Assembly: GCA_035285865.1 (NCBI GenBank)
Contig: JAYKHS010000002.1
Span: 1-61,657 of the forward strand
Origin: Candidatus Sericytochromatia bacterium
Lineage (GTDB): Bacteria; Cyanobacteriota; Sericytochromatia; S15B-MN24; VGJW01
DNA length: 61,657 bases
Direction: 5' to 3'
Below the pieces are notes generated by a model, which saw nothing but the letters and a program-made list of their open reading frames with translations, was not told the origin of the DNA and searched no databases. This document shows positions 49,133-56,798 of the stretch, piece by piece (positions within the stretch are counted from its first letter, which is position 1; the number at the start of each line of letters is the position of its first letter). A program made the position numbers and the translations under genes.

Positions 49133-49972
49133 CTAGTAGATGGACTGACCGCCGGGAACGCTGGCGTTCCTGGCGCTGTCCTCGATGAAGGCAGCGTGCT
49201 GCTCAGGCGTCTCGACGAAGATGCGGGCGGGCATCAGGCCATGGCCGATGCCACACATCTCGGCGCACTGGATGTCGAAGGCACCGGCCTTGGTCGGCTT
49301 GAACCAGCCGTTGATGGTGCGGCCGGGCACGGCGTCCTGCTTCAGGCGGAATACCGGCACCGAGAAGTCGTGCATGACGTCCTTCGACTGCAGCTCGAAG
49401 TGCACCACCTTGTCGACGGGCACATGCAGGCGATCGATGGTGACGATGTCGTCTGCCGTGTCGAGCTTGTTGTCGGTGCCCGGATGGCGGAAAGTCCAAC
49501 CCCACTGCTGGGCGGTGACACGAACCACGGTGTCCGCGGGCGGAGCCACCTGCTTGACCTGATGCCACACCTTGACGGCGACGACGATGATGATGAGGTC
49601 GCACGCGATGACCAGCCAGTGCGGCCACGAAATCCACGTGTGCAGCTGATGATCGTGCTTGCCGAGATACTCGGGTTTGTGGCCCGGCCTGCGACGCGAC
49701 TGATAGAGCAGCGCGAAGAAGGCGAAGATCGACGCGAAGAACCAGAAGCCGACCAGGCCGGCGATGATGAGGATGACGAAATCGATGTCGCCCGCAAAGC
49801 TCGAATTCGCCGGAATCAGACGTGCGATCAAGTCTTCGCCGCCGGCAAAGATGTAGAGCAGGATGGCGGTAATGACCGTGACCACCCCGAGAATCGTCAG
49901 GGAGTAGACGGATCGAGCAAGGGGCTGCCAGCCACTTCCCCCGCTCTCGTGCGACGGATGCTGTTCGGCCAC
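49133..49972 (-). CDS. coxB: Cytochrome c oxidase subunit II with CuA site
   Basis: QQWGW, DVMH.F, KQDAVPG, CAEMCGIGHGLM. Confidence 0.95.
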   Translation of the reverse strand: MAEQHPSHESGGSGWQPLARSVYSLTILGVVTVITAILLYIFAGGEDLIARLIPANSSFAGDIDFVILIIAGLVGFWFFASIFAFFALLYQSRRRPGHKPEYLGKHDHQLHTWISWPHWLVIACDLIIIVVAVKVWHQVKQVAPPADTVVRVTAQQWGWTFRHPGTDNKLDTADDIVTIDRLHVPVDKVVHFELQSKDVMHDFSVPVFRLKQDAVPGRTINGWFKPTKAGAFDIQCAEMCGIGHGLMPARIFVETPEQHAAFIEDSARNASVPGGQSIY

Positions 49973-49974
49973 GG

Positions 49975-50661
49975 CTACATCTCCTTCGGCTTCAACTGGG
50001 ACAGATAGACGGCGACATCACGAATGGTCTGCTCATCCGGCAGGGCCATCGCCATGGGGCGCATCATCGCTCCCTGGGCATCGCGGGGGTCCGCACCCCG
50101 AACGCCGCTGCGGAACTTGTGCAACTGGGTCACGATGTACCAGTCGTTGCGTCCGGCAAGACGAGGCGCCATCATCGCCTGATTGCCCAGCCCCTCGGTG
50201 CCGTGGCAGGAGGCGCAGGAGGCCTGGTAGACCTTGCCGCCCTTGTCCTGATCGCCGTACAGCGACGGCGGCGCATAGACCGTGGACATCGACGCGACGT
50301 ATGCCGCGACCACCTTGAAATCGTCCGTGCTGGCCAAAGTCCGCACCATCGGGCGCATGCGCAGGCCCTCGACATCGTCCGGATGCGCGCCCCGCACGCC
50401 TTCCCGCCACTTGTTGAGCTGGTTTTCGACGTAAGCCGCATCCAGCCCACCGATATTGGGAGCTGCGGCCAGCTTGCTGCCGCCACCGTCGACCTGATGG
50501 CACTGCATGCAGTAGGCATACAGCTGCTTCTGCCGATCAGAGGACGAACTCAACTGCTGGTCGGGGTGACAGCCAGCGAGAGCTGCGGCAAGCAGACCTG
50601 CGCCCAACAAGGACCACGCGCCTCGCGCACGGCTGGATTTGATGCTGGTGGAGTGAATCAT
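49975..50661 (-). CDS. Diheme cytochrome c4-type lipoprotein
   Basis: Lipobox LAG-C; two repeats with CMQCH and CASCH, AP.(I/L)(G/A)G...Y...QL, M.PM. Confidence 0.92.
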   Translation of the reverse strand: MIHSTSIKSSRARGAWSLLGAGLLAAALAGCHPDQQLSSSSDRQKQLYAYCMQCHQVDGGGSKLAAAPNIGGLDAAYVENQLNKWREGVRGAHPDDVEGLRMRPMVRTLASTDDFKVVAAYVASMSTVYAPPSLYGDQDKGGKVYQASCASCHGTEGLGNQAMMAPRLAGRNDWYIVTQLHKFRSGVRGADPRDAQGAMMRPMAMALPDEQTIRDVAVYLSQLKPKEM

Positions 50662-50843
50662 CTGGAAGTTCTTGGATGCGGTCAGGGTCAGGCCGGCGGT
50701 TGCCCTAGCAATTTACCCCCTGCAGGCAAGCCTCTGTCAAAGGTCATGACGCCGATTGCTTGCAAAGAGTTGTTCCGCTCGCCGGGGGACAGGCAGGATG
50801 CTAGCATCATGAGGCGCCTAGTTTCAGGATCCGACACGGTTTG

Positions 50844-52301
50844 ATGAGCACGCTTTCGACGAATGGCCCGGACGGGCCCGGCGGCGGTTCGCCCGCGAAC
50901 CCGCCCATGGTCGGCGCGCCAGACCTGCCTGCTGCGTCCGGGAGCCTCGGCAAAGCCGAGCAGGGCCCGGCCTTGCGGGATATCCTCCGTGCTTATCTGA
51001 CGCTCACGAAGCCCACCATCCTGCTGACGGTGCTGGCCACAGGCCTGCCGGGCCTGCTGCTGGCGACCGGCGATCGCACACTGGATCCCGTGCTTGCTCT
51101 GGCCACGCTCCTCGGCACGTCGCTGGCCTCCGCCGGTGCGGCCGCCATCAACCACTACATGGACCGCGATATCGATGCGGTCATGTACCGTACCCGCGGC
51201 CGCCCCTTGCCGACGGGCGTGCTGGACCCGCAGACGGCCCTGCGCTTCGGCATCCTGCTGTCCGTGCTGGCCACGGCGGTGCTGGCGTGGTGGACGACTC
51301 CGATGGCGACTGCCCTTGCCGTCGGCAGCATCCTCTACTACACGGTGTTCTACACGGGCTGGCTCAAGCGCCGCACGCCGCAGAACATCGTGATCGGCGG
51401 GGCTGCCGGGGCCTCGGCGCCGCTCATCTGCTGGTCGGCGGTGACGGGAGATCTGGCGTGGGCGCCGGTCGTGATGTTCGCCATCATCTTCCTCTGGACG
51501 CCTCCGCATTTCTGGGCGCTGGCCCTGTTCCGGAAGGAAGACTACGCCTCGGCGGGGGTCCCCATGCTCCCGGTAGTTGCCGGCGAAGAGGTCACCAAGC
51601 GCCAAATCCTCGGCTACAGCGTCATCATGGTGCTGACCTCGCTGGCGCTGCCCGTGCTGGGGGCTGGCGGCACCGGCTATGTGGCCGCCGCGGGCCTGCT
51701 TGGTCTGGGCTTCATCTGGATGGCCTGGAAAGTGATGCAGGAGGCCAGCGTCCGCAACTGCATGCGCCTTTTCACCTACTCGATTGCCTACCTGTTGCTG
51801 CTGTTCGGTGCCATGGCGGTCGACATCGGAGCCGGCCGCCTGCGTCCGGAGACGCGCATCGGGGATCTGCTGGTCCCCAGGGCGGAAGCCAGACCCCAGC
51901 CCCGACGCATGAAGGTGGTCTGGGCCGGAGAGGCGAGCAAGGTCATCCCGGTCACCATTGCCCCGCTCGAACCCGAGTCCATGCTGCGGCTGGGCACCAA
52001 GAGCACCGTCACGTTCCGCGTGACGAACCACAGTACCCGCAGTATCGCTTTCGAGGCCATTCCTCATGTGGCTCCGCTGGCAGCGGATGCCCACTTCAGC
52101 AAACTGGCCTGCTTCTGCCACCGGGTGCAGACCCTGAAGCCCAGACAGAGCAAGAACTTCAACCTGGTCTACACGGTGGATCTGGACCTGCCGGAGTCCA
52201 TCCGGACTGTGACGGTCAGCTACACGCTGGCACCGACAGCCACGGCCTCGCACGATCACCACGGCCATCACGGTGCCCATCACGGGGACCACCATCATTA
52301 G
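50844..52301 (+). CDS. cyoE: Heme O synthase (CyoE/CtaB/Cox10) fused to a CtaG/Cox11 copper-chaperone domain with a poly-His tail
   Basis: LTKP, N...DRDID..M.RT..RPL, YT..LKRRT.QNIVIGG, LWTPPHFWAL, DY...GVPMLPV; then TN.S...A...V.P..A..HF.KLACFC...Q.L.P...D.DLP..I.T.T.SYT. Confidence 0.92.
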   Translation: MSTLSTNGPDGPGGGSPANPPMVGAPDLPAASGSLGKAEQGPALRDILRAYLTLTKPTILLTVLATGLPGLLLATGDRTLDPVLALATLLGTSLASAGAAAINHYMDRDIDAVMYRTRGRPLPTGVLDPQTALRFGILLSVLATAVLAWWTTPMATALAVGSILYYTVFYTGWLKRRTPQNIVIGGAAGASAPLICWSAVTGDLAWAPVVMFAIIFLWTPPHFWALALFRKEDYASAGVPMLPVVAGEEVTKRQILGYSVIMVLTSLALPVLGAGGTGYVAAAGLLGLGFIWMAWKVMQEASVRNCMRLFTYSIAYLLLLFGAMAVDIGAGRLRPETRIGDLLVPRAEARPQPRRMKVVWAGEASKVIPVTIAPLEPESMLRLGTKSTVTFRVTNHSTRSIAFEAIPHVAPLAADAHFSKLACFCHRVQTLKPRQSKNFNLVYTVDLDLPESIRTVTVSYTLAPTATASHDHHGHHGAHHGDHHH

Positions 52302-52409
52302 GCCGAACCTGCACCGAAGCTTTACCCGAGCATAAGTCAGACCTCGCGCATCCGGCACGAAAGCATGGGCGGGTCCGCAACGGGCCCTCGCAGCGACAGG
52401 AGCCCGACG

Positions 52410-53459
52410 ATGCCGGAACTCAACCTCGACCCCAGGCTGGTGGCGCGTGGTCTTGACCGGAACCGTGACGGCTTCGTCCACGACAATATCCGCGTGGCTG
52501 CGCCCGGCCTGCTGGATGGTCCTGTCAGCGTCGAGCGTCTCGCCCAAGCCCTCACGAACGATCAGGTGCGCCTGAGCCAGGGTGCCATCGTGCCCGGCAA
52601 GGCTCCCGTCGCCGGCCAACTGCCCGAGATCAAGGCACTGCGTGCCATCAATCGTCTGGCCGAGGAAGCCGTCGGGTTCTTCGGAACGGGCAACGCCCAA
52701 TACCCCGGCCCTCGGTATCAGCAGTCCTATCGGGACAGTCAGGGCATCATCCGTACCCGCTACCTTTTCGGTCAGGCCATCACGGACCTCAGGACCCGCC
52801 TCGAGGCGGTCCGTTCCGTGGCCGCCTCGTACGATGACTTCCAGAGCCGTACCATCGCCCGCATGGCCGAGACGGCGCTCCGGCAGAACAACTGGGACTA
52901 CGCCCTCGACAACGGCACGGCGCAGAGCCGCTACGCCGCGCTGTTCGCCACCGTGCACAACATCGCCCAGACCAGCGTCACGCCAGCCCAGCCGGCCGAG
53001 ACCCAGAAGGCCCTCGGCGACATCGTCAGCCGCGCCAGACAGGCCATCGCCGGTCTCGAGGGCGCCGTGCAAGACCCCGCGACCAAGGGTGCCGAGTCGC
53101 GCGCTGCGGACAAGGTCAACACCATTCGCAAGGATGTGGAGGCCATCCCGACTTGGCAGAAGGTCCTGCTCTTCGGGCTCATCCGCAAGGGCAGCATGCA
53201 GGGACGCATCAAGGACATCGAACGGGATCTCGCCACCTTGAAGGCCGCCAACCCCGGCGCCCGCCTGGACGAACTGGCGACGCTCGCCGCCCGGGCATGG
53301 GAAGTCGGGCAGCAGGGTGCCGAGGCAGCCAGTCTGGAGCAGGCAGAACGCTTCGCCCGCGAGGCTGAGCCCGTCCGCAAGGAAGCAGATCAGGTCCGGC
53401 GGCGCAGCGATGACCAGACCGAGGCCATCCGCAAGTTGCTCAAGACCATCGGGTCCTGA
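52410..53459 (+). CDS. Hypothetical protein with an N-terminal EF-hand-like loop and helical/coiled-coil C-terminus
   Basis: AGGAG RBS before ATG 52410; LDRNRDGFV loop; strong GC3 bias. Confidence 0.75.
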   Translation: MPELNLDPRLVARGLDRNRDGFVHDNIRVAAPGLLDGPVSVERLAQALTNDQVRLSQGAIVPGKAPVAGQLPEIKALRAINRLAEEAVGFFGTGNAQYPGPRYQQSYRDSQGIIRTRYLFGQAITDLRTRLEAVRSVAASYDDFQSRTIARMAETALRQNNWDYALDNGTAQSRYAALFATVHNIAQTSVTPAQPAETQKALGDIVSRARQAIAGLEGAVQDPATKGAESRAADKVNTIRKDVEAIPTWQKVLLFGLIRKGSMQGRIKDIERDLATLKAANPGARLDELATLAARAWEVGQQGAEAASLEQAERFAREAEPVRKEADQVRRRSDDQTEAIRKLLKTIGS

Positions 53460-53509
53460 GAGACAAGATCGGCGACATAGGCCGTCAACTGGGTGGGTAG
53501 TCAACCGCG

Positions 53510-53879
53510 GTGCCAGACGGCCGTGGCGATGCTTCCTTCAGTGCGCATTCGAGCTGCACCACCTTGCGCCATCGCCTGAATGGCCGAGAACTCCGGAGGG
53601 CATTCGCGGACCGTCGGCCAGAAGCAGCCCAACGCACGGTGCTTGCCCGACATGACTGGCAACGTGGCCGAATGGGTTCACGACGTCTACGCGAACGGAG
53701 CAGATGATCGACTCATCGACCCGACAGGCCCCGACGAGGGCGACATGCGCGTGGTCCGCGGAGGATCGCGGAACAACGAAGCGGTGTTCGCGCGGTCGGC
53801 CTACCGCAACGAACCGCTCGAACCGGACACCAGGGACTGCTGGGTCGGGTTTCGGGTGGCGCGCACGATCATCTGTTGA
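53510..53879 (+). pseudogene. C-terminal remnant of a formylglycine-generating-enzyme (FGE-sulfatase/SUMF1) domain
   Basis: VGQKQPNA..L.DMTGNV.EW..D.Y...DPTGP....RVVRGGS...RSAYR...GFRVAR; N-terminal half missing and consensus residues decayed (PNAWGL reads PNARCL, GGSW reads GGSR). Confidence 0.75.
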
Positions 53880-53917
53880 GTCTCCAGAGAAGTCCGTGAC
53901 CCTGTCAGTCCGGCTTC

Positions 53918-54352
53918 ATGCCTCCCGTTCCCGATGGCTGGCGTCTACTGGAGCCCGCCCTCCTGGCCTCCCTTGCCGACGAGGCCCGTGCCCTCGACGG
54001 GCTGCAGGCAATCCTGCGGTTCGAGAGTCACGGAACCGTGTTCGCACGAGATGATAGCGATCTGGATCTCGCCTTCCTCGGCGCACGCACCTGGCCACAC
54101 ACACGCACGCTTGAACTCGCCGCTCGCCTATCGTCTCTGTCAGACCGGACGGTCCAATGCGTCGATCTTCGTGCCGTTCCCGGCTTGGTCGCCCTTGAGA
54201 TGCTGGAAGAGGCCGAGCCCCTGTTCGTGCCGGACATCCTGGCGCTCGACCTCTCTCAGACCCGGCTGGATGCCGAACGCCTGAACCTCGGCAGGTGGCG
54301 CCGAGACATCCTTGAAGGCATCCGGCGTCGAGGCACCATCCACGGCGGATGA
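53918..54352 (+). CDS. Minimal nucleotidyltransferase (MntA-like antitoxin), catalytic GS motif altered to ES
   Basis: RFES.....AR.DSDLDLA...VDL; C-terminal RL.L..RR.IL..I...GTI.G; upstream of a HEPN gene. Confidence 0.75.
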   Translation: MPPVPDGWRLLEPALLASLADEARALDGLQAILRFESHGTVFARDDSDLDLAFLGARTWPHTRTLELAARLSSLSDRTVQCVDLRAVPGLVALEMLEEAEPLFVPDILALDLSQTRLDAERLNLGRWRRDILEGIRRRGTIHGG

Positions 54353-54815
54353 GGTCTTGCTGGGCAAGGCCGCCATCATCGAACGATGTCTGGCGCGCGT
54401 GGCGGAGGAGGTCGAGGCAGCTGGTTCGGCGCTTGCAAGCGACCTGACGCGTCAGGACGCCGCCTTGCTCAACCTCCTGCGCGCTTGCGAGGCCGCCATA
54501 GATGGTGCCATGCGCAAGGTACGAAAGGCGGGCTGCGGCATACCGCGAGACGCCCGGGAGGCCTTCACGCTGCTCCAGCATGCCCGACTGCTGCCGGACG
54601 AGCTGACCCTCGCCATGGTCAGGATGGAGGGCTTCCGGAATGTCTCGGTCCACGATTATCAGGACCTGGATCCGAAGGTGACATACGAGGTGCTTGTCCA
54701 TCATCACCAGGACCTCGCCGCCTTCGCCCGCTGGCTGGTTGCAGAAGGCACGGACTTACAAGCTGGCGAAAGAGCTGGACGCCTTGGCTATCGGGTGTAC
54801 AGTTTCAGCGCGTAG
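54342..54815 (+). CDS. HepT-like HEPN RNase toxin (DUF86), apparent start codon ACG
   Basis: (M)ADEVLLGKAAIIERC..R..E, QDA..LNL.RACEAAID, F.LL, GFRNVSVHDY (RX4HXY); may be a pseudogene. Confidence 0.8.
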   Translation, partial: TADEVLLGKAAIIERCLARVAEEVEAAGSALASDLTRQDAALLNLLRACEAAIDGAMRKVRKAGCGIPRDAREAFTLLQHARLLPDELTLAMVRMEGFRNVSVHDYQDLDPKVTYEVLVHHHQDLAAFARWLVAEGTDLQAGERAGRLGYRVYSFSA

Positions 54816-55561
54816 ACCGGTCCGGGAATGACCCCGGAACGCGAGAACTGCGCGTCTCCCCTGATGCTGGCCCTTACCCAGAGCGTCCGCCCACCCATGA
54901 GTGTCGCCGGCAGATCGCCTTGGAAGGTCCTGTGTGCGTTTGTGGAAAAGGTCGCCGGAGCGTGGTCCAGCACACTGACCCAAGGCCCTGAGGCAGACTG
55001 CGAGGCCACCTCGACTTTCGCCCAGTCGGGAGTAAGGTCACCGCGATTCCAGACGGCGACCAAGACTTGCAGCGACGCCTGAGCCAATCGCCCGGAAGTG
55101 GTGTACCCGTACTGGATGCTGCCTGAGGCGGTTCCTGCAGGCGAGTAGTAGAACCCGCCGTCTTGAAGGTTGCTGCGCACCACCGTGACAAAGGCCGGTG
55201 CGGTCATGCTCACCGGATCCGTGATCCGGTCGTACGCATGCTCCACCTCGAGGGTCGGCGACGGAGAGGGAGTCGGCGCAGGGGTCGGCGTCTCCGTCGG
55301 CGTCGGCAGGGGTGCTGGCCGCAGCCGGGGCACATCGGGCGTCGGGGTCACCAACCTCCTGCGAGGTGGTGGCGTCGGCCTCGATCGCGCACCCTGGGTG
55401 CTACGGTCTGCCTTCTGCAATCGGTCCACAAGCAGGAACGGGTGCAGCGGAGCGGTCGCTTGGCCCACGCAACCCGCCAGAACCACAGCGGCCCATCCCC
55501 CGACGGCAGACGGGACGACCGCTCCCCACAGAGTCTTGAACCTGCACAGCACCTCACGCAT
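54788..55561 (-). CDS. Hypothetical lipoprotein with a Pro/Thr linker and beta-rich C-terminal domain
   Basis: GGAGG RBS before ATG 55561; lipobox VLAG-C; PTPTETPTPAPTPSPSPT linker. Confidence 0.65.
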   Translation of the reverse strand: MREVLCRFKTLWGAVVPSAVGGWAAVVLAGCVGQATAPLHPFLLVDRLQKADRSTQGARSRPTPPPRRRLVTPTPDVPRLRPAPLPTPTETPTPAPTPSPSPTLEVEHAYDRITDPVSMTAPAFVTVVRSNLQDGGFYYSPAGTASGSIQYGYTTSGRLAQASLQVLVAVWNRGDLTPDWAKVEVASQSASGPWVSVLDHAPATFSTNAHRTFQGDLPATLMGGRTLWVRASIRGDAQFSRSGVIPGPVYALKLYTR

Positions 55562-55769
55562 CGCGGCGCCTCCACGCATTTTCACGGGAACCATGTCATC
55601 AAAATACGACTTTGCAGTAAAGAGGTGCAATCCCCAGGAGATCACACCCCCCATTGGGGTAACGAGCCTCCCTCTGGGGTGGTGATGCCGGCATCGGGAG
55701 ACGCAAGCACCGACCGGACCTCGCCGCTCTGGCTCGCTCAAAGCATCTGCAGCCATCTCGAGACCTCGC

Positions 55770-56351
55770 TCAATCCGTGAACACGATGGTGTAAAGGCGC
55801 TTCCCTCCATCAGAAGCCACGCCGATGCCGGCATGGCGGTGGCGCTCATCCAGCATCGCCTCCCGATGCCCGATGGATGCCAACCCGCCATGCACGGCTG
55901 CTACGGGTCCCGCATCACCCGAGGTCGTATTCCAAGCGATGATCTCGGACGCCATGCCATACCGCGCGCCCATGCGCCGCATCACCTCGAAGGGCGTGAC
56001 TCCGTTCGGGTCGATATGGCTGAAGTAGCCCCGCAGGGCCATGTCGGTGCTCCGAAACCGGGCGATGCGATCCAACAGGTCCAAGCGAGCCAGTGCCGCA
56101 ACCCCGGCTAACTGTCGCGCCAAGGCCGTGTCACGCAGGAGGACCGCCTCGGTCTTTGAGTCGGCCGGGGACCCGACCGCCGGAGCAAGCTGCAGCTCGG
56201 GCGAAGAACTCGCCCCCGGCGGGGCATTCGCAACGGGGTTGAAAGATGGATCGGGACCGCCGACACGCCCGCCGCCAAGCGGCAGATCAGGGCCGATAGC
56301 CGAGGCCGCCGTGAGCGGAGGCGGGCCCACTGGCTGTGGAATGCACGGACC
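55770..56351 (-). pseudogene. CAP/SCP-domain protein, 5'-truncated
   Basis: AR.RS.DMA.RGYFSH..P.G.TPF, EIIA, S.GHR..ML, GIG; the frame begins at the IS481 remnant boundary with no signal peptide; the usual W before SxGH reads G. Confidence 0.65.
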
Positions 56352-56354
56352 TTA

Positions 56355-56705
56355 GTCAGTAGGTTCGTGGGGTTGAAAGGTTGCCCACTCGGCCTGTCCT
56401 TTGTCTGACTGCTGGTTGCTAAGGCACAACAACCAGACCAGGGAGGCCGAATGGGCTCTTGTATCTTTGCGCGACTGTCCCCTCGGAGTCGAGCGTTTCT
56501 CGTCGATTTGATGGAGACTCAGGGCCTGAGTCCTGGTGAGGCCGCAGCTCGCCTCGGTGTCAGTGAGCGAACGGCCTATCGCTGGTTGCGACGATTCCGG
56601 GAGGAAGGGCTGGCAGGCCTGACGGATCGCTCATCCCGGCCGCGGAGTTCCCCCACGCGGACCCCTGCGACCACCGAGGCCGTCATTCTGTCTCTCCGTC
56701 GCCGG
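56355..56705 (+). mobile_element. IS481-family remnant: left end plus the N-terminal HTH of the transposase
   Basis: ATG 56451 after GGAGG: ARL....R...V......AA.RLGVS..TAYRWL.RFR.EG.AGL.DRSSRP..SP......I..LRR; similarity stops at about 85 aa, no integrase core; upstream hairpin CTGGTTG...CAACCAG. Confidence 0.8.
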
Positions 56706-56798
56706 CCAGTGGTCGGCCCTCCGGCACCCGACCGGCTTCAGGCAACAAGAGCGCCCCAGGCACCATTCAGGCCTGACGCCCCATCCCTGGGCGGGGCA

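Noticed and set aside
50662..50843. FNR or Rex operator in the cox/cyoE divergent region
   Set aside because: No TTGAT-N4-ATCAA or TTGTGAA-N4-TTCACAA match; only a loose TTGACA-19-TAAATT and a short GATGCTAGCATC palindrome.
50688..53504. 938-aa minus-strand ORF
   Set aside because: Antisense to cyoE-cox11 and the 52410 gene, which have clear motifs or RBS.
55562..55769. Possible structured RNA in the spacer (ATCAC-ACCCC...GGGGT-GGTGAT pairing)
   Set aside because: No recognisable riboswitch or ncRNA consensus; such pairing is expected by chance at this GC. An Rfam search would settle it.
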